A stretch of DNA of 64,000 nucleotides, taken from Veleropilina oligotropha. Its lineage: Eukaryota. Position 1 is the first letter of the stretch; each line of letters starts with the position of its first letter. The position numbers and the translations under genes are program-made. The stretch is taken from positions 310,001 through 374,000 of the forward strand of contig JBEUKZ010000023.1 of assembly GCA_048128005.1 (NCBI GenBank), written 5' to 3'. The notes under the pieces are model-generated. The model was not told the origin of the DNA and made no database searches. It saw nothing but the letters and a program-made list of their open reading frames with translations. Below, piece after piece: positions 27,201 to 42,200 of the stretch.

Positions 27201-30200
27201 ACTTCTCAGACTCATGCACCTTGGTCGTCAACGTAGAGATCTAAAAATGTATTCAAATATGACATAATTATGAAGACGATTGAGAAATGAATTGATGATA
27301 ACGACTACGCCAATAATGTACTCTCCCTAGTTCATGTGTGTACCAAGTTTCAGGAAGCTAACCTGTATGGTTTTGGACATAGTCGACGGAACAGCCAGAT
27401 TGACAGAGAAACCGAAATCTATATACACCAAACTACTTCGTTGCAAGGGGTTTTAATAAGAATACAGGCTTTGTAGTCGTGGTCATATTCTATTTATCAG
27501 GGCTGACCAGTGTATACTATGCTTTGGTCAAGCTATATTTGTGAATGAAAAAGCTTGTGCGTCTGAGAAAACCCATCCAAACCGGCCTGTTATGGGCAAT
27601 ACCCAGCCAAGGATACAAACCCACTCCTGTTATATAGAGCTAAACTTTACCCCACTCTGTCACGGGATCGCTCTCCTAACACAAAACACTAAAGATATCA
27701 TATTGATTCCATATCTATGGCAGATTGAAGAATCTAAAATGCGAAACTAAATTTTGCAATCACCCGCCATATACGAAACTAAATGATGCAATCACCCACC
27801 ATATACGAAACTAAATGTTGCATGCAATCCACCCACCTGCAATTGAGCATCTTCTGTTACTTCCTTGAGATTACTTTCCAACGATTCGCGATATATTCTA
27901 TTGTTTGTTGCCACCTGTTTCTCGCTCTCCAGCTGTCGTTCCAGGCTGCGGTTTGTCTGCTGCACATCTTTGAACTGTTCCTGAACCGTCTGCAGTTGAG
28001 CCTCATAATTATGACACATATCACATGGGCGCCCCAGTTTTTCCCTAGCTGACTTCATCTTTAGAAAAGAAAAAATATTGTATGGTGAACGATTTCTATG
28101 GCTAAATTAAATTCAACAAACCCTTAGGAAAGATCGATTGTACACAAAGACATAAATAAACTTAAATTCAATGACTTATCTACAGAGGAAAGTACATGTA
28201 TAACATTCACCGAAGTACAAATCACTTTTCCAGGTAATTAAATCATGACTGTATTTATTGAAACAATTACTCAAATTGTCACAACAATTGTTTTGCTATA
28301 TTTTTCTACGACATTCTTCGCCATTTTTTATGGCAAATCATGATGGCATTAAATCTACATTCGTCTGATTTACAATGCATCTTGTTTATAACTAAGCACT
28401 GCCAGACTATTTTTAGCATCACAAGAATGGTAACATTCGCAAATATCAAAATTAGATTTAACCAAGTCAAGACAATTTCAACCAGTTGTCCACAAATGTT
28501 ATGAAGGAATTATGTGTATTTGGAGCTATGAATAACTAGAGGTATAATCCTCATACAGGCCCGCCTTTTGGATATATAAATCCATAGAGAGGAATATAAT
28601 CAATAACTCTATCTTCAAAGTGCACGAAAATGACCTTGACCCAGAGACTCCATTTTTGAACTTAACCAAGGCCTGATGGTATACAAGGTGCATACCCAAG
28701 ATGAAAGCTGTAGGTCCAGCGGTTCATCTTCTATGTGACAGAAAGCAATCTTCGAAGTGCCAGAACGGAAATACACGAAAATGACCTTGACCTTTGACCC
28801 AGCGACCCCATCTTTGAACTTGGGCTAGGCCTGATGGTATACAAGGTGCATACCCAAGATGAAAGCTGTAGGTCCAGCGGTTCATCTTCTATGTGACAGA
28901 AAGCAATCTTCGAAGTGCCAGAACGGAAATACACGAAAATGACCTTGACCTTTGACCCAGCGACCCCATCTTTGAACTTGGGCTAGGCCTGATGGTATAC
29001 AAGGTGCATACCCAAGATGAAAGCTGTAGGTCCAGCGGTTCATCTTCTATGTGACAGAAAGCAATCTTCGAAGTGCCAGAACGGAAATACACGAAAATGA
29101 CCTTGACCTTTGACCCAGCGACCCCATCTTTGAACTTGGGCTAGGCCTGATGGTATACAAGGTGCATACCCAAGATGAAAGCTGTAGGTCCAGCGGTTCA
29201 TCTTCTATGTGACAGAAAGCAATCTTCGAAGTGCCAGAACGGAAATACACGAAAATGACCTTGACCTTTGACCCAGCGACCCCATCTTTGAACTTGGGCT
29301 AGGCCTGATGGTATACAAGGTGCATACCCAAGATGAAAGCTGTAGGTCCAGCGGTTCATCTTCTATGTGACAGAAAGCAATCTTCGAGTGCCAGAACGGA
29401 AATACACGAAAATGACCTTGACCTTTGACCCAGCGACCCCATCTTTGAACTTGGGCTAGGCCTGATGGTATACAAGGTGCATACCCAAGATGAAAGCTGT
29501 AGGTCCAGCGGTTCATCTTCTATGTGACAGAAAGCAATCTTCGAAGTGCCAGAACGGAAATACACGAAAATGACCTTGACCTTTGACCCAGCGACCCCAT
29601 CTTTGAACTGGGCTAGGCCTGATGGTATACAAGGTGCATTCCCAAGATGAAAGCTGTAGGTCCAGCGGTTCATCTTCTATGTGACAGAAAGCAATCTTCG
29701 AAGTGCCAGAACGGAAATGACCTTGACCTTTGAGCCAGCGACCCCATCTTTGAACTTGGGCTAGACCTGATGGTATACAAGGTGCATACCCAAGATGAAA
29801 GCTGTAGGTCCAGCGGTTCATCTTCTATGTGACAGAAAGCAATCTTCGAAGTGCCAGAACGGAAATACACTAAAATGACCTTGACCTTTGACCCAGCGAC
29901 CCCATCTTTGAACTTGGGCTAGACCTGATGGTATACAAGGTGCATACCCAAGATGAAAGCTGTAGGGCCAGCGGTTCATCTTCTATGTGACAGAAAGCAA
30001 TCTTCGAAGTGCCAGAACGGAAATACCCGAAAATGACCTTGACCTTTGACCCAGCGACCCCATCTTTGAACTTGGGCTAGGCCTGATGGTATATAAGATG
30101 TATACCAAATATGAAAGGAGTATGTCCAGCGGTTCATCTTCTATGTGACAGAAAGCAATCTTCGAGTGCCAGAACGGAAATACACGAAAATGACCTTGAC

Positions 30201-33200
30201 CTTTGACCCAGCGACCCCATCTTTGAACTTGGGCTAGGCCTGATGGTATACAAGGTGCATACCCAAGATGAAAGCTGTAGGTCCAGCGGTTCATCTTCTA
30301 TGTGACAGAAAGCAATCTTCAAAGTGCCAGAACGGAAATACACGAAAATGACCTTGACCTTTGACCCAGCGACCCCATCTTTGAACTTGGGCTAGGCCTG
30401 ATGGTATACAAGGTGCATTCCCAAGATGAAAGCTGTAGGTCCAGCGGTTCATCTTCTATGTGACAGAAAGCAATCTTCGAAGTGCCAGAACGGAAATGAC
30501 CTTGACCTTTGAGCCAGCGACCCCATCTTTGAACTTGGGCTAGACCTGATGGTATACAAGGTGCATACCCAAGATGAAAGCTGTAGGTCCAGCGGTTCAT
30601 CTTCTATGTGACAGAAAGCAATCTTCGAAGTGCCAGAACGGAAATACACTAAAATGACCTTGACCTTTGACCCAGCGACCCCATCTTTGAACTTGGGCTA
30701 GACCTGATGGTATACAAGGTGCATACCCAAGATGAAAGCTGTAGGGCCAGCGGTTCATCTTCTATGTGACAGAAAGCAATCTTCGAAGTGCCAGAACGGA
30801 AATACCAGAAAATGACCTTGACCTTTGACCCAGCGACCCCATCTTTGAACTTGGGCTAGGCCTGATGGTATATAAGATGTATACCAAATATGAAAGGAGT
30901 ATGTCCAGCGGTTCATCTTCTATGTGACAGAAAGCAATCTTCGAGTGCCAGAACGGAAATACACGAAAATGACCTTGACCTTTGACCCAGCGACCCCATC
31001 TTTGAACTTGGGCTAGGCCTGATGGTATACAAGGTGCATACCCAAGATGAAAGCTGTAGGTCCAGCGGTTCATCTTCTATGTGACAGAAAGCAATCTTCG
31101 AAGTGCCAGAACGGAAATACACGAAAATGACCTTGACCTTTGACCCAGCGACCCCATCTTTGAACTTGGGCTAGGCCTGATGGTATACAAGGTGCATTCC
31201 CAAGATGAAAGCTGTAGGTCCAGCGGTTCATCTTCTATGTGACAGAAAGCAATCTTCGAAGTGCCAGAACGGAAATACACGAAAATGACCTTGAACTTTG
31301 AGCCAGCGACCCCATCTTTGAACTTGGGCTAGACCTGATGGTATACAAGGTGCATACCCAAGATGAAAGCTGTAGGTCCAGCGGTTCATCTTCTATGTGA
31401 CAGAAAGCAATCTTCGAAGTGCCAGAACGGAAATACACTAAAATGACCTTGACCTTTGACCCAGCGACCCCATCTTTGAACTTGGGCTAGACCTGATGGT
31501 ATACAAGGTGCATACCCAAGAAGAAAGCTGTAGGGCCAGCGGTTCATCTTCTATGTGACAGAAAGCAATCTTCGAAGTGCCAGAACGGAAATACCCGAAA
31601 ATGACCTTGACCTTTGACCCAGCGACCCCATCTTTGAACTTGGGCTAGGCCTGATGGTATATAAGATGTATACCAAATATGAAAGGAGTAAGTCCAGCGG
31701 TTCATCTTCTATGTGACAGAAAGCATCAGGCGACGGACGACGGACAGACGACGGACGGACGCCAGTACACGGCTATAGCCCTGCCTTTAGAAGGCGGGCC
31801 AAAAATCACAACACAGTTGCATAAGGTTGGTAGATAACGTATTTTGATCGAGAAAAGATTTTGGCCGATAATGGACAGCCGGAAATACGGTCAATTCTGA
31901 AAGTGGTGCTTACCTAAAAAGTATACTATGCTACTGTTACCTCTTTCTGTAGGAGCGCCCACTCTTTTTCGCTGACCAGCCGCTTCCCTTCTAACGAGAT
32001 CCCTTCCACTTTGGACCGGACACTAGCCAGCAGTGATTTCCGAGCCTCGGACTCCGGAGTGGGATCTGAAGAAAAAAAATCATAATGGTCAGAAAGAAAC
32101 AGGCCTATCGTGTCTATATAGCTCTGCTAAGCACAACACTTTGAATTTCAGTATGTAAGTCTTAAACACTTTATTTTAGAAAAACTGATATGTATAATAT
32201 GTTTTCACTACGTCTGTTTAACAACATGATTATGCAAAAAGTGTACGAATTTAGGAGTGGTGATCCAGATATGGATTCCTATGTGTTATATTCAGTTTAT
32301 GTTGTTCTGCTCTGGTGGTATTCATTTTGTTGTCGAGATTCCTGAGCAAGATGGAGAGCTGCTTAGCCATGGCAGAAGTTTGCTATCTCAGATTGACCTT
32401 ATATAATATCCTTGGTTCAAACAGAAATTTTGCAATAATAAATATTCGCTACCTGTTAACGACTTCTGTTGAGCTTCTGACAATGGCTGGAGACTGAGGG
32501 TTTTCTCCGGACTGATTCTAATCGTATCCGTTTCGTGCAGCGACCTGGTTTCGTGCATGCCGCTGTCGACCAGCTCTTCCTCGTTAGCCATGTTGGACAG
32601 GTGCGAACTGGAGTAGGATTTTTTCACCGAGAGCTCACTAAAGCTGTTATCGAACGGAAAGAGATCGTCCGCAGACGTGTTGGAAAGCAAGGATGCATTC
32701 GAGGCACTCTGAGATTTCGAAAGAGTGGATTCGGAGAGCCTATATTTCTGTTAAAATATGAAACTGTTTACTACCGGATAAATTTTAAATGCGAGTAATA
32801 TTTATATATTTACATGCATTTGAAACTCGTAAATGTTACAAATTTGTATGGAACAGTTAAATACTAATTTTACAAAGAACAATTCATATATTATAAACAT
32901 CAGGAATACATAATAATTCTAAAACATCGATTCATTACCTCAGGTGTTAATCCTGTTTGTGTTCTCAGTTCTTCTGTTGAAAAAGAAGTAGGCAAATAAA
33001 AAATCAAACAATTTTGTCAAGCAGACACATATATAATTCACAAACTTAAGGAAAAGATATGAAAGGATCCTTTCGATATGAAAGGATCGATCCTGTATAT
33101 TTCCAACCATCATTTGGTTCAAAGCAGGACATGTCCATAATGTATATTATCGTGGGAGGAAAGGCCGGTTGCCCGGGGAAACCCGCCCATCCGACCACTT

Positions 33201-36200
33201 ACGGACAACTGTGATTCATAACTTGAACAAATGTGTGATGTCCCTGCCAAGGTTGAACTCACTACTGTCCGCGTCAGCGGAATCAAATCAGTGAGTTTTC
33301 CGGAGTCCACAACTGAAACCACATGGCTGTCGAAGCGGCCTAATTCACAAAGATTAGTGTAAGAGATGTGACATGACATCTTACAGGTGATTACCATAAT
33401 TGCTCATAAAACTTAGTTGTTTACAATAATATTATTCAATTTTAAAGCATTAAATTATCATTTAAATTTCACGATTAAACCAAAATTATTCATAAGAGGA
33501 ATCTTAATAAAAATGTTTCTCTTTTAATTTTACACTTTCATCTTAATATTTTATTTGGCAAATTTGCTGTTGCTGCCATTCAACGTTTGTTCAGCATGAT
33601 CATCATATTAGCTGGAGTCAATGGTTGCTGGAAACAAACAAGCAAAACAAATGGTTGTTGGATCTGGGCTTAATGTCCACATCACCACCTTTTAGGGTCA
33701 AACCAGGCAGGACATAACCGTTTTAGCACGTTAAGAAAGCCCAGATATACCAGTGAAATCGGTATAGTAGCAGGGAGTCGATAACCTATATCTCACTAGT
33801 AGCATGGAGTCGACAAGCATAATTGATTGATGTTGTGCGCCAACGTAATCGGATTATAGCCAGCCTAATTACACGAACTGCCTGCCACTAACATGGACAT
33901 ATAAAATAATTGTGAACACTAGTCACTATAGGATGTATAAGTATATAAACGACAATATTAGGTTGCCTTCATATCATTTAGTATATAACAATCCTGGCAA
34001 ACGCAGCTATCAATGTATCATTTATTCGGTTCATTTATTGCAAGTAATCGTACAAATGGACGTTATTTAACTTATTTATGATATCTCTTTACAATTAATA
34101 GAAAAAGAAACGAGAATACATATTGGAAATGTTTACACCAAAACTGCAAGGCTATGAAGAAGCAGTTTGCAAACGAAGGAATACTTCGTGGACAGACGAA
34201 ACAACGGCAGTAGCAAGGTCCTAACCAACGTATCAAACGGTGAAAGATACCCTGTACAGAGAACGATGTAAATTTATAATTTACCTTCATTTAATCGTAA
34301 TAGTGTATTAGTACTTCGTTATACATGTAAATAAATTTATATTTTACCTTACGTTTGTAGACTTGAGTTAATAACTATAGGTAGTGCTGAGTCAAGATAA
34401 GCTTCTGTAATCCCCGATTAAATTGCTATATTCCGATTACATTTTTTGAGCTGAAGTAGCATGGAGTCGACAAACGTTTTACTGATTTCTTCCCAAAATT
34501 TCCATTTGTCGACTCCATGCTACTAAACCGTAAAATCCACTGGACTGGAAGGTTACGGACTACTGCATAACAAAGTAATCAAGCTGCGGATTCGAACCTA
34601 CTCACATGAATCAATGCAGTCAGCACGAGTTAATTTGGATCAGTCAAGTGCAACAAAAGACAGTCTTTTCCTTTGAAACATTAACAAAACACAATTATTG
34701 AAATCAACTGTTTGTGAAACAAACTGTCCCAAATAAAATTATTGGCACGATGAAATTGTAAGAAAAAAATAATCTGACCCTTTTTCCTTCGGGCCTCCTG
34801 TTCTGTCTGTTCTCGCTCCCTCATTTCTTCGAGTGCTTTCACCCTCTTCTCTTGGGCCTCTCGTTCCTGGTCTTTCTTTTGCAATTCTGTGAATAAATCG
34901 CAAGTTATTAACTATCCTATTGTATAATCATCATTAGAAAGCGATTTGTACTTTCTCAGCAGCTACAAATTTTTCTAGTGTTTGCCAACATCCAATCCAT
35001 ATTAAAATAATTGACATTGTATATAGATCAGAGTTCATACACCTTGAATAAATTGAAATTCAAGCATTTTAAAGCATTTTCAAGGACTCTTTAAAGAATT
35101 TTCAGGGACCGTTTCAAGCGACCTGTATAATGATAAAAACTCCAGAAAAGCTAAGAAAAGTCTAAATTGATAATGTAACAGAGACAATGATAATTTCATT
35201 TCGTCCATAACTGAGAAAAAAGAAAGAGCTATTGCTATGTTTTTGCCTGCCAAGTTAATTTTTTAAAAACAATACAAGTTGACCTTTGACTCAGGGAGTC
35301 ATATATTATTAATGCTTTTATCAAGAATACAAATACCTTTAGTTATCTTTAAATTATATGTTTGATTTGCATTGCAATTTTTTCAAATATCTGATAATAT
35401 GAATCCTGATATTTATATGCGACAATGGATTTCTGCTCTTGTAAACCTGACACCAATTGCGATAAAATTATGAAAAGCTAGTTTGAAGCGAGTGAATCGA
35501 GAATACACCCTCTTATCCAATCAGCTACAATTATGGCCTCGCTCTGGATGGAGCAGAAACAATATGTAATGCTCTTTAGCCTCGGCACAGACATAATGTG
35601 CCCTTTAACCTCGGCACAAGCACAAAAATGGCACCGTACCCGCGATCTGTCGCTGCTGCTCTGCCGTCAGCACCGTCTCCATGCGCCGCATGTCCATCAT
35701 CATCAACCGTTGAGATTCCAGGAACTGGTCGTTAGCCATCGTCCACGTGCGCATCAGGTCACCATGCTCCTTGCGTTCTCCCTCCAGTAATCGACACACT
35801 ATGAACGAGAACAACAAGGTAATACGAGCATGCAAACAGGCACCTCAACAGACACGATGGTGAAAGCTGGAAATATCTACGACTAACAGTTTCCCGCTAG
35901 AGCAGAAAAACCAAAAACCAGAAATGACATCATAAATCTCAGTTCTGGATAATTTTCGAGGAGAACACAGTCATGGGTCGCCTGTGAAAATCGTCCTCAT
36001 TGGCGAATGATGGACTACTGTGACTATTTACTGAACAAAGTTCCCAGTCAGGTTTTGAATCCATGCCTATTAAATACATCAGTCCAGGGAGTGAGCCGAG
36101 AGTCAAGCACTTATCCACTTGGCTACCAGTGTGGCATATATTCCCAGGAACACAATTCATTAGATATATAATGAACATACCCACACCATTTCATGTGCAT

Positions 36201-39200
36201 CAAAAGTGTGTCGTGTACTATAAAATATAAATGGATCATTTTAACCAGGCTTGGAATATGGTAAATTTTTAATATTGCCAAATTTTTCATTTGTCTTCTG
36301 GGATAGATCAATGCAATCGGAGTATGTATACCTGCCTGTAACTAGAAAAATTTAGAAAATTCTGGGATATTTTTATGCAGTTTGGATGGTCCAATGCATT
36401 CTTAAATAACTTTATGCATTCTGGGAATGTGTATATATGTTCGTTACCAGATATTTATCTTGATTATCTGATGCATTCTGTGATGGCATGATGCATTCTG
36501 GGATGGCGTGATGTATTCTGGGATGGCGTTATACTGTTTTCTCTTGCTTACCTTCCTGCAACTCCAGCCGGGACTTGTCCGATTCGTCCTGTAGCACATT
36601 CCGCTGGGTATTCAGCACGGAGACATACATCTCCAAGTCCATCCGAGCGGATTTCTCCACTTTCAGATACTGCATGACTTCCTTTACCTAAAGATTCAAT
36701 GAAAATCGAGCGCAACATATATTAGAATGAGCTAATTTGAATGAGATTGTAGGAGAATCTGTGAATAAAAAGCAGAATTGACTTTAAAGAAGAAACATTC
36801 CGTTTTATGTTAAAAAGATTATTAATCAATGTTCTAACCATTAGAATCTGACAATTAATTTGCTGATCATACATAAAAGGAAGGTTACAGATATTGCAAC
36901 ATTTATGATCCGATGAAACCAATTTAATAAATTATTACATGCTGTAATAGTATAATATTGTTCCATGGAGCATTGTACTCGAGCCTTTCCTTGGAGAGCA
37001 CTACTGTAGTGAGAACGATGGTTATCCAATATTAACAACGTTTAGGTTCATATCAGGAAATATCCTTATAATTGGGGGAGAACAAACCCGCCTTCACCGA
37101 CCAGTTATAGACAACTGTGACTGATAATTAAGCAAAGTGCCCAGATTAGAATTTGAACCAATTCTGCAGCCACAGTTTCAGCAGGAGAAGACAATAATCT
37201 ATTAGTACAACACATCAACCCGAGTTTCATGAATAAAGCGGATGCTTTTCTGATTGATGAATTGTTATGTCTGCAAACAGAACAAATAAAAAGGCTTGTT
37301 TATCAATGATTGATATTGCAATATTAGCAGTGAAGATCTAAGCAATTATGCCAATCATTTAGTTTTCTCAAAATCAAAACTGACTCGATCTTCTGGATCT
37401 TTGTTGCAATCCAACTCGGGAAGTGATGGTGATTTCTTGCCGTCGCTCGTCAACAACGATAAATCCTTTGCATCCTCCTAAAAACAGAGTCAGCATTCGT
37501 GTTACATGTATAACACACTTTCTCATTATAACCGACTCATCATTCACATTATAACTCAGCATTCACATTATAATTGCCAATATAATTCATTGGATCCACC
37601 TACAGAAAATAATGAGTCAGCATTTATTTTATAACTGGCACAATATTAACATTATAACCTAAACTCAGCATTCACATATTAAATGATTCGGCATTCACGT
37701 TTTATAATTGACCACTAGCTATTCCACCTAAACAGTACAATGCAAGCACTTTCAAATGTTTACAAATTATCATAAATCAATACTGATATTTTAATTTTTA
37801 GAAACATTTCACAATCATACCGGTATTTATAGTTTTGCACCAGTTGTTTATTAACACATCAAACGATGTAACTGTCTTCAATAGCTCAACTGATAAAGCG
37901 TCGTAACAGCTTTTAGTGGGACGTTAGGATGCTGGATCGATTTCAGCATTGACAAGTCTTTATTCAACTGCTTAAAACTAATAGAAGGTATGGCTTAGAA
38001 ACCTGTTGCCTGTCATTCGAAGGAGAGGTTAAACCGAGATTCTGATTACAGATACGACTGATTGCTATCAAATGATATATATTACAGCAACAATATACAA
38101 ACTTATTATCTTGCTCTCACCTTTGCCTCTAGCTCCTGGACTCGTGAGTCCGAGGCCCTCAGCTTTTCCTTCAGTTCAATCAACTCCTCCTCCAGGGGAA
38201 GGATCACGGATCGGAGCATCTCGGCATCCTCTTGAGCCTAAAAATAAACACAAAATATTATGAGGTGGAACTATAACACAACATCCAAATAGAATACATG
38301 TTCACATCATCACAGCTGCCTGATGATGATGCAAGGGATAATGGTGTGGCTCTCAAATAAATGCGCAAGATTGCTCTGACTATCAGTAGTGGGATTGAAC
38401 CATCTGGTAACCACTTTGTTGAATTAACATTGAATTACAGTTGTCCATAAATGAAGACAATACATGGTACTATATTCTGTATATATATATATACACTCTG
38501 AAAAATGAAATTTACAGTTCAAATAGCAAACCAAAGAATTGATAGCATTCCTTTAAATAATGCCATTTTGTGGATTGTTGTTTCAATAAATATACCCTTC
38601 TCATGCCATCCTCCAGGTCGTCGCTTTCAGAATTTGCGTTTGCTGATGACGATCCGCCACCCACTCGCTTTATAGACTTAGCCACGACTGCCAATATGCC
38701 CTCCCTGAAATTATGAAATGCACATATGTTCAAAATACCATTAAAAAAATTATTGAACAACTCATAGTCCTACCATGATATGTTAATTTGGAAAACAAAG
38801 AGACCATTAAATAACTTTTAAGGCACATTTAATAATATAAATTCATTGAATTATATTCAAACTGATAATGTTATATAATACCTGATGAATATTACAATAT
38901 TACAAGATGGTGTAAATAAACGATAAACAATGCTTTAGTCATAAACCCCTGGGGGTGATATCAGATATTTGACGGTGTTGATATCACTCTTTTCCTGCCT
39001 GATATGCTAACGGGATTTATAACAAGTAATACACTGACTGATGATACTCTGCGTGATATCACCATCAAATCTCGGCTAAGCCTCGATCTAATAGTGATAT
39101 CACACCTCAACCACCAGTGTATTATTTAATATATATATTTAAAAAAATATATTATATACCAATGCTACAGTTATCTGAACCTTAAAACATTTGATCTCGC

Positions 39201-42200
39201 AACCAACAAGAAACTTCTGACAAAACTATTATCTCTTAGAAATATGATTTAAAGATAATACTGTTTACAACATAGCTTGGGAAATTTATTATGATACATA
39301 CATTTCATACTTCATAAGTTAAACTTATAACTTCGTCACATCTTTTTCTATAATGGGCATAATAACCTCTAAGACTTATAGTAATTTTCCTTTAATATAT
39401 GTAAAACGCTTACCGATCCTGGTTGAGTTTGCTCTTCAGTTCTTGTAGCTCCTGGTCAAGTATTTCATTGCTCTTCGACAACAACTGTCTCTCCATTTCA
39501 TATTCTGATGTTCGGGAGGTTACCATGTCATCTGCCGCTTCTGAAAAGGAAAACAAATTTTGACATGAATTGAAGCTTATTGTCTTGGAAAATATTCAGT
39601 CTTTGTTGTTATCCAACCCTGGAAGCAACAATATATTTGTTACTGTCTGCAAACGTCTGATTTAATAATGAATGAAAGTCTGGAACTGTAGGTCACGTGA
39701 TTGACAGCAAATCTTATGAATCCATATCAAATATTCTTCACTTATGATGCGAATGACAACCAGTATCTAACCAACTGGAACATTGATCTTTGCCAATCGT
39801 TCCAAAGCTATATTTTATCCAAACATACCGTTGTGAGTAATCTCTTAGGTCTTGCATAATCTAATCATCTCGTCAAGCCTAACTTTTAAGCTTTATCAAA
39901 CTTGTTCCCGCATTATTCAGTATTTCTACTAACAGATACACAATGTGATATGTAGCATGAAATTCTTAGCGATGTTCACATCTGGTACATTTCAACCATC
40001 TAGGACTGGTATAAAACACATAAAACATCCTCCAACAACATGCTGCACAGGAAAGTGCTTTATGCAGAAAGATTACCGTTACAGGCTAACATTTGATATA
40101 GCCCACCCAATGCCTAAAATTGATGATGGATACCATTCATTTGTAAGTTCATAGAAATTATACAAGTCACTGAATAACATATTAAAATAACAAATCAAGC
40201 ATCAAGCTGAGATTGGAGATATGCACCAGACTTACCATTTTCCAGACGATGGATTAATATTTTTTTTATATATTTGCAAGCAGATAGACAAACAAACAGA
40301 CACAATACAATACTCATGTAGTCCCCCTCCATAAATGTCAGGGTAATTAAGGAGGTCATATGTTGCCCTTAAACATTTCATCCTGGTAACAAAAGTATTA
40401 CATTTCCCTGCCTCTGTAGAAGTGAACAAATGAAATTTAATACCAGCTAAGTGTGCTGGCAATGACAGTGATTAATTCCTTTTACTGATATTATTAAAGT
40501 CTTGACAACTTAGTAGACATTGTCTGCTCTCTTTTATAATTATCTTCACTAAAAGATTTACGTGACCAAGGTGTGCATCGATGCTTAGTGCTCCAATTAT
40601 ACATCCTTCAGGGTTACACCAAGACATGTCCATGTTTAGACCTGTCAACATTAGAAAATGTCAAAGAGGGAGATTTCTTCGACGACACTATATATATACA
40701 TAAATATATTGTGTGCGTGTATGTATGTATATATATACCGGTATATATAATATATACATATCTTAATTTTTATGGCTTCTATGTGACCAACATCTGGTAT
40801 GGTGGTCATTTAAATTTTTTTTAAAAATTTCTTTGAAATTCGCAATGACGGGACCCTCCCACCAGATACGGGAGCATTGACAGGTCTGCAACGACGGGAC
40901 CCTCCCACCAGATACGGGAGCATTGACAGGTCTGCAACGACGGGACCCTCCCACCAGATACGGGAGCATTGACAGGTCTGCAACGACGGGACCCTCCCAC
41001 CAGATACGGGAGCATGACAGGTCTGCAACGACGGGACCCTCCCATCAAATACGGGAGCATTGACAGGTCTGCATATTATACATATCCCTATTATTGCCGA
41101 AGGAAATCCTGGTCACCAGGGAAACCCACCCTCACTGGCAAGTCAAAGACAACTGTGACTGCAGCCCTCAATATTTCGACCCAATTGGTCGCATATGCGA
41201 CCAATTTTTACCGTTGGGGACTAACAAATAATTCCTGGTCACCAATTGGCGACCATCTAAAATTACGTTGGCGGCCGTAAATTCTTCCATTGTATGGCTT
41301 TTCAGTGTTGTGACTTTCCACTAAGTTATTAAATGAATGTTTCATGAGTTTACTTGGTTCTGTTTATTACAAAACCACTAAATGTTGTTATCCAGACACT
41401 GTCAAAGTTGCATCCGACTCGTGTTGCATTGCTATGACCGCAATTTTGGCTTACAAGCCTGAATGCCTATCGCGCATTTTCATTGGTCAATGAATAATTG
41501 TAGGCCAATCATTTTGCGTGTTATTAAATGACACGACCAGGTTGTTATTGAGCTTGTCTCTGTCTCCTTCCTGACAGACGCAAGTCAAGCAATAAAGCTT
41601 CAGGGAGAGATATAAATAAATTTATTGTAGTTAAATGGTCTAGATGCTTTGATCCTAAACTTTAAAGAAGCTAATGGTTCTAGAAATTATTAAAAGCCAC
41701 ATGTCAAAATAAACTGGTCCACTGACAGTGAAAGAACTATAAATACAAAATAGCTTTAACCATTAGCCTTTGGGTGAACCGTTCTTTATATTAAAATGAA
41801 CAAACATGTAAAATACAGTTAAAAATGTGTAATAATGAAAATCACAAATTGAAACAATTTGTATATTAAATTATTTAAGTTTCTAGGTAAAATTTACATG
41901 ATTATTTTCAAAATGGTTATTTTGATTCCTTTGCTTTGTTGCATGTATAAGTTGATATAAATTGATATTTAATATTGGCTATTAAATTTTCTTTGTCTGG
42001 CTAGTGAAATTTTGAATTGTCCACTAAAATGTGAAAGTTGGTAGCCGCCAGTGAAAATAAATGGCAACTTTGAGGGCTGGACTGTCAATTAACCAAAGTA
42101 CCCAGCTGAGGATTGTAACCCACTCCTGTTAATCGGAGCAGTCAGACTAGTAAATTGATTTATTACATCATCGGTGTGACCTTTTTCATAAGGGAACCAA

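Noticed and set aside
28731..31438. Repeated 66-105 aa ORFs, and a superficially CRISPR-like regular array
   Set aside because: These are translations of the 158-bp satellite. Units are contiguous with no unique spacers, and there are no cas genes.
33530..33627. Strong-looking acceptor (gtttgtttccag) in intron 10
   Set aside because: An in-frame stop follows within 7 codons; not supportable without transcripts.
34130..34251. Possible alternative RABEP exon after a good acceptor (ctgtacag|GG)
   Set aside because: It lies inside TIR element 33760-34530, has no RABEP similarity, and is not needed for frame.
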